DNA of 64,000 nucleotides from Antedon mediterranea (Eukaryota > Animalia > Echinodermata): positions 20,136,795-20,200,794 of the forward strand of contig NC_092670.1 of the NCBI RefSeq assembly GCF_964355755.1, given 5' to 3'. The translations under genes were made by a program, and so were the position numbers. The notes below the pieces were generated by a model. It saw only the letters and a program-made list of their open reading frames with translations, did not search any database and was not told where the DNA came from. Below, piece by piece: positions 25,608-39,248 of this stretch. Positions within the stretch are counted from its first letter, which is position 1. Each line of letters begins with the position of its first letter.

Positions 25608-28600
25608 ATGGGTAAAAAGCGGCCGTATGTAGGTGTAGACGAGGTATGTGTTGTTTACTATGTTCATCGTTCATATAATTAGGTATATTTATGTTTTATT
25701 ACATTTTATCATAAAATATAAAGCTGTTCTAGGCTAGGCCTGTCACTGACAGCTGGTGTTTGATAAACGTTTCGTCTGCCTTGTATTGTATCGAGACTCG
25801 GCTGTGGTGTGTAGGTAGTGTGCTTTCTTTACTGATCTGACATGATAGGCCTAGGAATATCAGTCTAGCACGGTGGTATGATTTTTGTTTTTTAAACAGT
25901 GGTTGGATACAAAAGGTGTTTTATTCCACTTTCTTTATTTTCACAAAATAATATGAATTAATAATAATAATTAATAAATACTAGGCTAGCTAGGCCTACC
26001 TACTAGGCCTAGTACTAGCCTAGGCCTACTAAATATAAATTTTATTAAAAAAATGATAAATTGGAGAAAAAAAACCTTATTTAAACTACAATAATATGTT
26101 TTCTACTTAGGGAAGTGTGACTTTTTCATATACTGTAGTTAGCTGGTCGATCTCTATGGGAAACAATAACTCACTATCCTTTAAAGTGTATAGTAGTGCC
26201 TCTAAAACACTTTTACATGCAAGTTGCCTGTGCTGATAGTCTCATTCAACTCACTATCCTTTAAAGTGTATAGTAGTGCCTCTAAAACACTTTTACATGC
26301 AAGTTGCCTGTGCTGATAGTCTCATTCAACTCACTATCCTTTAAAGTGTATAGTAGTGCCTCTAAAACACTTTTACATGCAAGTTGCATGTGCTGATAGT
26401 CTCATTCAACTCACTATCCTTTCAAGTGTATAGTAGTGCCTCTAAAACACTTTTACATGCAAGTTGGCTGTGCTGATAGTCTCATTCTTCAATAAGTTGT
26501 ATTGTAAATCAAATATCTCACTAGGGTTTGCCCAAGACCAAATCTATCAAAAAAGAAATTATTGAACTGCCAAAAAAGAAGAAAGCCAAGGAGAAAAACA
26601 AACCCAGTACTTACAAACAAGGAATTAAGATTGAACCTGTCGAAACTGTTGTGCAACAGGTTACAGTGGAAGAAATAGAGAAGCAAAAAAAGAAAACAGT
26701 AAACATTGATAGAATACAAAAGAGTATGGTAAGAATGTATCTTTGGTGCAGTATGCGCGATTTGAACAATTTGAATCCGTTCATTTATTTGTGCATGTAA
26801 TTTGAAATAATGTAGTGCAATATTAATAAGATAAAAAGCATAAATGTATTAATAAATATGTACCATTATTCTTTGCACAATTTCAAGTTAACGCAAACAA
26901 ATTTTAGTTCGAATCGTGCGTAATATATTTAAAATTGAAATTCTATATTTTAATTTTTATTTCAACCACATCCAACAGCGTAAAATCGCCATTCATAGGA
27001 TGCCTAACATTTAATACCACATACAATGCATGAACCCCTTCTTGTTTACATTGAACCTAAAGTATTTTAAAGCAAATTTTGTATCAATTCATAATAATTT
27101 CTTCAATTTTGTATTGATTAATCTTATTTTGTCTTATTCAATCAACATTTATTTTTCTGAATTTTTAAAGCAAAGACCAAAAATGTTCTTAAATCAGAGT
27201 GACCAGACAGCAGTGAATGTTAGTGACATTCAAGACTTGATCCAGTTTTCATGCCTAGGATTAGTGTCAAGTGTACAACCAACGTAAGTACCAGGCATGG
27301 ATTTAGGCGGGGGCTAAACAGGCTTTAGCACCCCCACCACCACCAACCTAAAATTTAGCAGCCATGTTTACTATTTTTATATTTCTACAACCCCCAACAG
27401 ATGTTTTTTTTCATTTTTGAAATGCTGGATCCGCCCCTAAGTACAGTAACCACAAGGTAGCAGATTTCAATAGTCCACATGGCATCACACTTCTTTGGAA
27501 GAATGTATTTGGGAAAAAATATTTTAGAAATAATTTGGTAATTCAATGTAATTTCTTTTAGCTGGTGTAAACTGTTACGAGTAGGCAAGTTGCGTAAGGT
27601 TGCGGTCGTGATAGTTGGTGGAGTTAATGAGAAATGGTATCGGCAGTGTTCCCACCTTTTCACAAACATTCAGCAATTATTTAATGTTGTAAGTACATAA
27701 TGGTTTATATCCTTGTGTATAAACGACTTTATATAGCTTAGGCAGTATGGGAATTTTTTCAAGGCCTAGCCAGGATTTTTACCAGGTTTGTTTTTCCACA
27801 AAATTGGCAAAAATCCATTTTGAAAAGTGGACTTCAGGAAAAATGTGCGTTTGTTCGAACCCTCAATACAGTTATTTATATCTTTCTTTATTTTAGTCTG
27901 TAAAAGTGAAGCCAGTTTCGACTAAATCTGTCATACATAATCTACTGTTTTTAAAATGGACCCGATCAAGGTTAAAAAAGGAGGTGTATATTTCCCGTAA
28001 GAGTTTCTTATCTCTAATATATCAATAGAAATATAGTGAGTTCCTGAGTGAATTTGTTTGTATGAAACAGAATAAAGTCAGAGACCAGAAATCTGTGTGG
28101 ATGCTAACAACGCTTTACACTGATCAGTATCACATCCTTATTTCACAAAGATTACCACTAATAATGGACAATCATTATCTTGATTGATTTTGATAAAAGA
28201 CTTAAGCTCTGTCTACACTATCAAACTTTTTGTCATGTGCCCATATATGACATATTTGGGTATATCACTACCATATTTGGGCACATCACATTTTTTTTGT
28301 CAAACTAGTTGATAGTGTAGACAGAGCTAAAATCTCTACCGTGTTGTATTTAAATTGTTTGTTATTGTTGTATATGTAGGTTTACTAGAGAAGGAACCAG
28401 ACATACCTAAACAGGAAGAAGGTAGGTTTAACATAATTATGTTTGTACACAACAGTAGCCTGATAAGTGGTCAGCTACAGGCACTGTCACAACACGGATT
28501 TGTTTATTAACATGCTCAGTTTCATGTTCATTTTATTTATTTTTAATTAGTTGGTTAATTAAAGTGACTCAAATTTTAAATTCAAACAAATATTTTATTT

Positions 28601-31600
28601 TGTCACATAGACAGTTCAAGTGACGATGACAATGAAGAGGAAGAGTGTAAATTAATGAGAGGTGACCTTGTTTTAACTGAGGGTCAAATGCGTTGGCATG
28701 GTTACCTTCTACCTGATGTGTCACCAGATTTCATTCAAACAAACCATGTTGATGCAGTTGATGAGGATAGTCCACTGATAGCCATTGATTGTGAGATGGT
28801 AAGCATCTAAAGCTCTGTCTACACTATCAAGCTTAATGTGACTAAAAAATGTGATGTGCCCACCTATGGATTGGATGATGATGTATCACTACCATATTTA
28901 AGCGTATCACTACCATATTTAAGCATATCACTACCATATTTGGGTGCATCACACTTATTTTTGTATCACTACTATATTTAAGTATATCACTACCATATTT
29001 GGCACATCACACTTTTTTTATCAACCTAATTTGATAGTGTAGACAGAGCTTTCGATTTTCTAGAATTGTTTTAGGCTTAATACTGTAGGATTGAAATTGC
29101 TTGGAATTGAGGAAGATGGTTTGAGATACCATGGTAATTACTATCTTGTATTATCTTTCTAGTGTTTGACATGCAATGGACAAGAGTTAACCAGAGTTTC
29201 TGTTGTGAATGAGAAACATGAAGTTCTGTATGACACACTTGTGAAACCCTATAATAAAATTATACACTACAATACGCAGTAAGTACTGTACAGAGTGCGT
29301 CTCATATACAACATGACTAAAGGGTCCTTCACACCTGTTCTGCCACAGTTCCGGTCCAGCGCTAAAAAAATCCAATCGCACGTCAATGTTTCGTTTTCAC
29401 GCGGGGCTACGCACTTATCGATTGCCGCATAGCCGCCTGGAGCATTGTGAAAACAAAACATTGATGTTCGATCGTGCCGGAACAGGTGTGAAAGAATCAA
29501 TTAATTTGTTTTCTTTAGTAAGTATTAACAAAAAATGTGAAATAAATATCTTGTTTAAATTCACAGGTTCAGTGGAATAACAGAACGTTTACTTAACCCT
29601 GTTACAATAAGATTGGCAGACGTTCAAAAAAAGTTGCTGAGTATTATACCAACCAATGCCATCTTAGTGGGACAATCACTCAATGGAGATCTGAAGGCAT
29701 TAAAGGTGCAGTAATATTTGTGTGTGAAAAGATGGTAAAAAATCTAATTGCCATTCCTGACCCCAAATCACCAAGGAAGTGTATTAAATGGCATAGTATA
29801 ACCATGGAGCAATAATGATACTGTAACCCAGCTTCCCTAATAAGATTGAATTGTATTGTTTAAAAGGAGAAAACCCAATGCTTTCTATTAAACATTATAT
29901 ATATTATATACATTATAAATTATATAGAGGCTAGGTAGAGAGTAATTTAGTTGAAGTATAAAATAACCGAGACACAAATTTATGTTATTCTAAGTACTGT
30001 ATTAGTATTTTTGCTTGTTTTTGCTTTATAGATGTATCACCCACACTGTATTGATACAAGTTCTCTGTTCACAACATATAAAGTTGGACTTAAAGCACTT
30101 ACCAAATTCTACCTCAAGTAAGTCTCAACCTGCTTATTTTATACTTGCCTTTCAATGTTAAAGATGTATTGTCCTCCAAAAACATAAAAAATGAAGATTA
30201 ATGGGAAAAAAAAAGACTTTGAATGGGCCATTTTTTGTTAAAAGTTTAATACTTCTGTAGAAAAAAAAATGTTTTACTTATAAAAAGACAAAATAAATGG
30301 TTAAATTCAAAAACCTATTGGCTTCAATTTTGATCCAAATTTTGGTCAAAGTGAAAATACTGTGACATTCAAATGCCATATTAAAAAAAAAAAAATTTTC
30401 AGGGAGATAATATATTTTTAAAGTAGTCGAATATCATCTTATTATTCACTTTTGGTGTGATTTTATATTTCTGCATTTTTTATTGTTAATCGATACTGAA
30501 ATTTGTTATTAATAACAGTTAATGTATAATCTATAAATATTTATTGAATTAAATTATTCATATTGTCACAAAATCATACAAAATTATGATCCATCACAAT
30601 CCATACCAAATCATCTAATAATTTCCGGATCATTGTATAGTTACCACCAGAAGGATTCTCTTCATCATTCTATGTATGGATAACTAGTTGAGAGCAGGAA
30701 CTAATCAAACCATGTACCATTTTTGATTGTCTTTATAAAAAATAAAAAATCATTAACTAGTGTAACGGTGTGTCATGTATTTGTTCTTCAGAAAAGACAT
30801 ACAATGCGGAAACGATGGCCACAATTCCATAGAAGATGCAACAGCATCAATGGACCTTGCTTTACTTAAACTTAGGAAAGGTAATAATCTAAGGAACTAT
30901 CAAAGTGGACGGAAGAATGACCTGCCAGTGGAAAGGTAAAGTTGTCATCATCATTGTCATAAGATGTATAGTTTGTTTATGTATTGCTATGCCATAGAAC
31001 AATACATTACAGAAATATTAACAAAATATATCTATATCAAAATATAAAAGCTAAATCAAAACGATAAAGTAAAACAGCCAGAAAAGTTAGCAGAGCTATA
31101 TCAAAATATGACATAGCAGCAGAGGATGCAGAGGATAACCTATTAGGCTTGAACAATTGTTTCAGAAGGTGTCATCTACAAATGATATAATAAGACAACA
31201 TAAACAATTAAATGTATATAAAAATATTACTGCTCAAAATATCTATAATTGTAATACAACTTATCATAATTTTTATGTATTATTTTAATTTGGATTATTT
31301 AACAATTTATTATTTTATGCATTATATATTTATAATAATAATGTACAATTTTCTAATGGCTTGCAATCCTATTCTGCTTGTAAACCCTGCTATATGGTTG
31401 CTTGGACTACCCTAAACCCACAATCCTAGGCACAGTAAATATTTGTATACTATATGACCTCGTCACACAATGAATGTTATTCATTTTTAAAATCACTCTT
31501 TTTTTCCCTTGTTTTAGTATATTTCAGAGAATAGCAGCAGGTAAACAAAAGTCGACAGTATTAGATGTTCCTGGCAACCTCAAGAAATTTTACAAAGACT

Positions 31601-32888
31601 CGGTAGATTGTATAACAGTAATGACAGATTCAGAGGTAAGAAAACCATTGCAAAAAAGCAGTGTTATTATTGATAATAATATTTACCACATTTCTATAGC
31701 GCCCCTTTTCATGAATAATTATGCTCAAAGGGGAATTACATAGCAAATTATTACCCCTGGTAATTTTCTAGATCGAATACGTATGGAAACATACTCCCAT
31801 AATAATGCAGCTAGTAACCAAAGCAAAGTTGTGTCTTGATTTAACCGGTACCATTTATACACCTGGGTGGAGAGGGCAAATGCCTATACAAGCAATGCGC
31901 CGAGAGTTGGATTGGAATTATGCTCACACGCCCTCATTGATAGAAATTTGTTTGTTAATGCAGACAAAGAAGAAAATGAAGAAGGCTTTGAACGGAGATA
32001 GTTCTCTTGTTTGTGGTCACCTACATTCCTTTAAGACACTGATGGATGGAATATCACATGAACAGGAGGTCATTGAGGTAAGAGCAATATCCTATATATA
32101 GATTGTGTGTGATGCCCCCTCCTACTTTTAGTGATCTCATCCCTCATCCAATCAGTGCCGGTATTGTGCGATTTCCATGGCAATTGAGAGTAATCATGTC
32201 GTTGCACTAACCGTTTAGCTTATCTGAGTGGTAACTGATAACATTTGTATTATATGAATACTGTACTAATTACATTACTGTACTTGGTAAGCAAACAGTA
32301 TTATACATGGGTTGAAAATGAAACAATTGTTCACCTTCATATTGTCGGTGACACCATGAAGTGACACTAAAGTGGATTTAGCTTTAATATACTAGTTCAT
32401 TAATTAACAAGAATTATCTAGCTTTACACACGTGTGAATAAAACATATAATTGAAAATTTCTTAAAATATGTGTTTTGTGAAGCTTTCTACTAAACCACG
32501 TTTTTTTCCAAAAGGCATACATGGTTATGTCAAATGACTACGTTGTTAGTGTCATTTTGTTATGTCGCTGACAATATGGACCAATAATTTCAAATCAATA
32601 TCCATTGTTCTATTTTGGTTAAAACAATAGGAACCAAAAATCCATTTTTTAACAGTTTAAATAATTTCAGTAAACAGTAATTATGTATTATTTCAGTCAA
32701 CGCTGGGTAAAATAGATGAACGTGTTGGCGAAATCTATGCCGCAATGCCTAACAACAGCCTTTGCATTGTTGTATTTGCGTCATCAACGCAGGACATCGA
32801 CATGGATGTCAATACGTCAGAGAGTGAACTGTACAGTAGATGTTTCGCTGGAATTAAATACGAGAAAGACGAACCGGAAACAACATGA
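25608..32888 (+). CDS. REXO5: RNA exonuclease 5-like DEDDh exonuclease
   Basis: Exons: 25608-25643, 26525-26728, 27171-27283, 27562-27688, 27897-27996, 28380-28421, 28611-28798, 29163-29278, 29567-29705, 30032-30117, 30792-30935, 31518-31635, 31964-32077, 32697-32888. Motifs: SPLIAIDCEMCLT, ELTRVSVV, YDTLVKP, TQFSGIT, ILVGQSLNGDLKALK, HPHCIDTS, GHNSIEDA, and the N-terminal WCKLLR of the REXO5/SDN5 type. Confidence 0.88.
26168..26487. repeat. 80-bp tandem repeat x4 in REXO5 intron 1
   Basis: The unit AACTCACTATCCTTTAAAGTGTATAGTAGTGCC...GATAGTCTCATTC starts at 26168, 26248, 26328 and 26408. The copies are nearly identical. Confidence 0.97.
27292..27439. mobile_element. Small hAT-like MITE (CAGG...CCT termini)
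   Basis: CAGGCATGGATTTAGG...CTGGATCCGCCCCT(A), flanked by (A)AGTAC on both sides. Confidence 0.5.
29321..29499. mobile_element. PIF/Harbinger-type MITE family D
   Basis: TIR AGGGTCCTTCACACCTGTTC / GAACAGGTGTGAAAG. A shorter relative at 45976-46089 has TAA/TAA TSD. Confidence 0.65.
31046..31095 (-). mobile_element. 50-bp Penelope pLTR fragment with a 14-bp target duplication
   Basis: Matches the reverse complement of ~20277-20326. Flanked by CTATATCAAAATAT at 31032-31045 and 31096-31109. Confidence 0.8.
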
Positions 32889-35020
32889 GACATCATGAAA
32901 GTTGTACAGAGAAATATACTAAACAAAAATTTCTATGCATAGTACAGTTGTATATGTACTAAATTAGTTTCCGAATAGCCAAGTTAAGGTTGCAGGAAAC
33001 GTAGACAGCATGTAGTCTGGAGGAGTTCTGTCAGGCTAGGCCTCTGATCAAACAGGGGATTTCCTCCATCCTCCTCCTCTGCATCAGTTTCTTGATTTTC
33101 CTGGATCCAGTCCGATGTCAGTTCACCAGTTTTTTGGAAACTTGTTCATTTTGAGAATAAACTGGTTTAGACACAATTTCTAACATGTATTCTACTTTCT
33201 TTGTTGTTTTTATATCATATTGTAGCGTGGACAATTTTGTTCACAGAAATCATCACGTGTTCATAAACAGATATTTTTCTGGTTAATCCATTGTACACTG
33301 GCACTTTTCTAGGAGATATAAACGCTTTCATGCTATATTGTCCAAAACATGGCTGCCATTATGAGCCGCTAAATTTAAGGTTTACATTACTTAGAAAGGC
33401 CACAAACCATCTATTAAATATGCGATATTCCATTGTAGACTGGTGAATAAACATCTGTCTATTCACACAATAAAAATAAAAACTGTAGTCTATTATCACA
33501 TAAACAATTAATTTATTGCATTTTAAAATCCAAAAACTGTACAATATTAACTAACATGTCCACTGCAATGGAATATTACTCTACAAAGAATGGAGCTTAG
33601 ATTTGTTATCAAGGATTGTATTGTAAATCAATTTAATATACAATTTCATTCACGGAGGAGAAGTTAGACCTCTGAAATGTAATACGGATGCTAGCCTAGA
33701 AAGCAAAAATTGTCCTCCATGTAATTCTTTTGCTTGATACTACTGTATATTACTAATACTTGATAAACCAGGAAAAATCCAACCTCTATATACACAAGAT
33801 AGTAAAGATGACAAATCTTATCATTACTTGAATCAATTTGGATAAATAAAGAATACTTGACATTTGAGATCCTCCAAAGTAATTATATTTTTCTTCAGGG
33901 ATTATATGTGACACATATGTTACTGTATCACAGAATTTGCCTATGAAACTTTACAAATCATAGATACAGTACAGAGAATTGGCTAGGCTATCACAATTGA
34001 TTGGTTAAGCATCGTGGTACATGTATTTAATATGCTTTGTCTGTTTCCTCTTCTGTAAAATGTTCAACCAATGTTTCTTTGGCTTTGTAAAATGTAACAA
34101 AGTTACTTTGGAAATACAGCATGAATATGAAGCCTACATATTTCAAGGTGAACATTTACATACGATTTCCTACGTTCAGACACAGCTGCTATAATAGCTA
34201 GTTTAACTTAATCCACCATGGCCCTAACAGCTATAGATGCATGCAGTATGGTAGAACTTTGTCTATTATGTATCAGATAATCTGGGTGGATACATACACC
34301 CAATCTAGCATACAGTGCGTGTCTAAAATCATCACCAACTTGCCTATACCTGTTTACAGTGTAGGTACTGTACCATAAATAATTAGGTACATTCAATTGT
34401 TTCCAAACTACTACCCCTCTTTTGGGACACCCCCTATTGAGGGGAAACCGACACCCCTGTTCCAGGGACACCTCTTAAGTTTGAGTCCCAAAAATGTCCC
34501 CTTGATAGGTGTTGTATTGTAAGCAACTATTGCAACATTTGTGATATTAATTTGTAAATACTAGACCGACCTTTTTATATCTAAAAGGTCTTCACTTTAT
34601 AACTTACTGTTAAACTAACATTACTTTTAGGACCTCTCTTGTTTTACAGTTATGAAACCAAAGGCTTTTTGAAAAGTGTAGAGAATCCATAATAATTGAA
34701 GTCAGGCCATATTTCTACTATACTACATGGACAATATAACCTCTATTAAGGCCCAATTGAGACCCAACAAATTGTACCCTTAACCGGGGCTAAGTGTCTC
34801 AAAGGAGGGATTCTACTACATACCAAGTTGTTTACACCTACTGCAAATAAAAGTATATAATCATATTGTCTAGTATACAGTATTAGTATTTTGATATTAA
34901 ATCTAGTGCACCTATTTATTTTAATTTTTCTGCATACACTTCAGCCATTTGTTCTTGTAACAAATACCTACACTCTTCATGTACATAAAATACTATTTAA
35001 ATTTCCCACTGCAACTGAAC

Positions 35021-35089
<69 letters not shown>
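35021..35089. repeat. (TAG)n microsatellite
   Basis: Perfect run of about 22 AGT/TAG units. Confidence 0.97.
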
Positions 35090-35090
<1 letters not shown>

Positions 35091-36079
35091 ATGTCCAATT
35101 TTAACATTAGTAAAAATCTTTTAAAAGAAACTGTCATTTTGTTAAATTATTATATAATATATAAATAACATATTAATAGAATAATATAGATTAGATAAGG
35201 ATAAGAACTTTTTAGTAAAATATAACTAATGCTAATAAAATATTTATGCTGTACAAAGACGTTACTTTTTTCTCTTGAAATGTCTGAAGTACACAAAATA
35301 AGTTTGGTTAGGCTTCACATATTTTGCGTTTCGACATCTGCATTGTCTAGGACTTTAACTCTGTAATCTTCAATTGTTTGAGGTAGGCAAAACTAATCTA
35401 TTCCAGGCTCAGCTTAAGATTAGTTAGGTGCCTTATCTCTAATGCGGAATAGAAGAGTACTGTTGAAACTTGGGATTACAGGCTATTTGATTCTTGGTAG
35501 TCCTAATCCTAGCTTACAAGTATCCTTTCCATACCTGTTTTTATGTTTACAGCATTTTAACCTCCGTACAGTTGCCATCTCCTTTTTACAAACCACATCC
35601 CTGTCCTCTACAAAAATATTGTGTGCATCCACAAACTACAGACCTTTGTTTTAGATGAGCCTAAACTGCTAATAAACAATAACGTTTTCTGAATATGAGT
35701 TGATAATATTAGTGTGCATTTTCACACTAGTAAAAATTCACTTAAAATTACAGTATTCGCTAGCAAGTTTCACCTATGTTCAACATTAGACATACTGAAA
35801 AATACTTGCATCACAAAACTAGGCGTCCAGCGCCAAATCAACCATTACAGGCTCTAGTCAACTTTGCCTGCACAAATTGTCTGGTGTGATTTTCTAAAAT
35901 GGCGAGTATATTTTGGACATTTAGGAGGCATATCCTGTATTTTTAGAGTTTCTGGAGAGTTGACTGTAAATAAAAAGTATTTATATCCTTGTCAAATTTG
36001 CATAAGATATTAATTTTAATTACTCAACTCCTGTGAAAGGCTAAAGCATGGAGGCACTCCAAGTATTCTATTCAACAAG

Positions 36080-39000
36080 TCACTGTCCAGAGGACAACGG
36101 ATGAATCTGATTAGAAGTAAAGCAATTTGCGGACGATGTTGAAGAGGCGCCCTCAGGGGATGCAGACGAAGAAGATGCAGCTTGCACGGACGGAGATTGC
36201 ACTACTGATGACCCATTTTGTCCCCGTATTCTTGATATAATGTTCACATTTGGCAAGTTCATGTTCGGTAAGTTTACACTTGGAAGGCTCGGAAGCCAGC
36301 TTCGACGATTCGTAAAAAAGTTTCTTGTGTGTCTGGCTACAGCCTGTGGAAATGTACATGGTTGGATCCTAGCTAGGTAAGAGCCAAACTGCTTCATATA
36401 ATCTGTTCAGAGTGCTAAGGAAAATATTGATTAAATTGTGTATAAATACATTGTGTTGAGGCCATAAGTTATGTCAAAGCTCACATATTAAGAAATATGA
36501 CACCATCACTACATTAATAAAAAAGACTGGTATTTGTTTGTACTTTGTGCCAGTGCTGTACATACAACTCAGACCTAGGGTATCCAGTATTGGGACAGTT
36601 TATAGTGTGTCCAGATATTGGGACAGCCCATAGTGGTCCAGATATTGGAACAGCACAATGGTGTCCAATATTGGAACAGTCTAAGCGTGTCCAGTATAGG
36701 AACAGGCCAATGGTGTCCATTTATTGGAACAGCACAATGGTGTCCAGTATTGGAACAGTCCAAAAGTGTCCAGTATTGGAACAGCACAATGGAGTCCAGT
36801 ATTTTGACAGCCCAATGGTGTCCAGTATTAGAACAGTCCATAGTGTTTCCAGATATTGGAACAGCCCAATGGAGTCCAGTATTGAGACAGCCCAATGGTG
36901 TCCAGTATTAGAACAGTCCATAGTGTTTCCAGATATTGGAACAGCCCAATGGTGTCCAGTATTGAGACAGCCCAATGGTGTCCAGTATTGAGACAGCCCA
37001 ATGGTGTCCAGTATTGAGACAGCCCAATGGCGTTCAATATTGAGACAGCCCAATGGTGTCCAGTATTGAGACAGCCCAATGGTGTTCAATATTGAGACAG
37101 TTCAATGGTGTCCAGTATTGAGACAGCCCAATGGTGTCCAGTATTGAGACAGTCCAATGGTGTTCAATATTGAGACAGTTCAATGGTGTCCAGTATTGAG
37201 ACAGCCCAATGGTGTCCAGTATTTGAACAGCCCAATGGTGTTCAATATTGAGACAGCCCAATGGTGTTCAATATTGAGACAGCCCAATGGTGTTCAATAT
37301 TGAGACAGCCCAATGGTGTTCAATATTGAGACAGTCCAATGGTGTTCAATATTGAGACAGCCCAATGGTGTTCAATATTGAGACAGCCCAATGGTGTTCA
37401 ATATTGAGACAGTCCAATGGTGTACAGTATTGGAACAGCCTAAAGGGTGCCCAGTAACTGTACTATCCGTTTATTTACTTTTTATTACCATAATCTAAAT
37501 AATAAAACTTAATTACAAGAAATATATGAATTAAAGGATATATAAAACTCCATGGTGGCTGTCCTCCATTAATATACAACACATATGAAAATCCATCTTT
37601 TGCCAATCCTTTGATGGCATAGTAATTGGGAAGATACTCATGCCGTCGAAAGTTGTGGCGTTCATAGAAACGAATCGCTGTTGTATTTGATGCAAGCACA
37701 TGTAGGTACGTGGCCTTTACAGTTGAGCGTTCACTCGTACTAAGATGCGAGAGTAGATTAGTAAGTAACGCAGAAGCTGTATTTAAAAAAAAAAGTGTAT
37801 ATAAATTGGTTTTCTTTTGATACAATTAAAATTCATTTTTTAAGAGTAATTGGCTCAAATTAAAAATGAATTTTTTAAGTTGCTGGTCATAACTATAGAA
37901 GTACTAGTAAAGCTATAAGAAATTCTGATTATACATAGCGGGATTATTCTAGTTGCAGTACCTATTCCTCTTCGTCTGTATTCTTTAACAACACCAAGAC
38001 TCAGTATATACGTCACTTGAGTAGAACTGGGAAAGGTAGCCGACAGGATATTAATGTCCTAAAAGATAAAGATATTATATTTTGTTACACCATAAATTCA
38101 CATTATAAATGTTGTCAAAACAATGTGACTTTAAAATGAGTAAAGGCTAGTGTTTGTTAAATAGGTCTGTAACTCATGTTTTCAAATAGCTTATAAATGG
38201 GCTAGTAAAAAGCATTGGCAACGAATGGCCGTATTCACCAATCACACTTAAAGATGTATAGTTAATCACAAAACCAACAAAATAATGTTTTCACTTATAA
38301 AATGAAAAAATAAATGGTTAAATTCTACCAAAAACCAGACTATTTTTTGTTTTTAATTTTTCAGGTAACTACATTTTTTTTTCGATTCAATTTTTGTTTA
38401 AAGTAGATAATTATTATGTGATATTAAAATGGCATATTCAACAACAACAATTATTTTTCAGAGTGACAAGATTCAAGAAATTGTATTGGTCCACTTTAAA
38501 ACAGAAATTAGTTTTGCTTGGCATAAAATACAATACATCTTTAATGGTAAGTGTTTCCCTTAGACTAAGTGTGAATGGTGAATACAGCTACAGATTAATT
38601 GCTCTGTCAGTACACTTACTTCTCTGTGACATCTTGCTCTGGTCTTCACCTCGGCCACGATGAGACCAACAATCCTGTTCTCTAGAACAGCAGCTAGTGA
38701 AAAAAATCTTTTATCGCTTGTAATGTCTTTATACCAAGTGTCAGGATATCTATAAACAGAATCAATAATTCAATGGTTAATTTGTATAACACATTTCAAA
38801 AGACAAGAAATCTAATAGAAGTAAACTATTGTGTAAGTTTTGATTTGCAACGACCCGACCACCGAACTATGAAATGTCAGTTCATTGTACGCATGCGGGG
38901 ATATTGGGAACGCTTCTCACCTCAACATAGGTTTCATAGTTTCTAGATCCAGGTGAAAGCGCCGAAGCATCCTAATCGTAGTACTGTATAGTAGGACATA

Positions 39001-39248
39001 AAAAAAACCCACTGCAAGATTATGGGATTACCAGTAGTAACAAGTTACCAACACATTCCCATGGATAACCATTGACTTAAAATAAATTTGTCATATATAT
39101 AAGGTACAGCTTCAACTTACTCTACGGGAAACCACTCGGAACAAAGTTTCTTCACTTCATCTAAGTCATCGTGGGAAAGAAAGCGTAATTTTAATTCATG
39201 TTTAACCTCTGACCTTCCGCGATAGTCTGTCTTAGTGCGTGTACACAT
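36080..39248 (-). CDS. NAA60: N-alpha-acetyltransferase 60 (NatF)
   Basis: Exons 39248-39121, 38749-38620, 38058-37962, 37776-37542 and 36404-36080. Motifs: LRFLSHDDLDEVKKLCSEWFPVEYPDTWYKDITSDKRFFSLAA, YILSLGVVKEYRRRGIAS, YLHVLASNTTAIRFYE, YLPNYYAIKGLAKDGFSYVLYINGGQPPWSFIDY. Confidence 0.95.
36405..37541 (-). other. U12-type (minor spliceosome) AT-AC intron
   Basis: 5' splice site ATATCCTTT at 37541; branch-like TTTTCCTTAGC shortly upstream of the terminal AC (36406-36405). Removing it restores the frame WSFI|DYMKQFGS. Confidence 0.92.
36581..37456. repeat. 26-bp minisatellite inside the U12 intron
   Basis: Unit TCCAGTATTGAGACAGCCCAATGGTG, about 33 copies. Sub-variants are graded along the array (GGAACAG left, GAGACAG/TTCAAT right). 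Confidence 0.96.

Noticed and set aside
26168-26487. CRISPR-like array
   Set aside because: Contiguous 80-bp units without spacers.
34410-34820. Degenerate GGGACACCCC/AGAGG TIR-like pieces (also 35850-35968 and 45331-45460)
   Set aside because: Probably old Tc1/pogo-type MITE remnants, but the termini and TSDs are too decayed to call.
36514-37261. Many overlapping repetitive ORFs, and a CRISPR-like appearance
   Set aside because: This is a head-to-tail 26-bp minisatellite with no unique spacers and no cas genes, in a eukaryotic intron.
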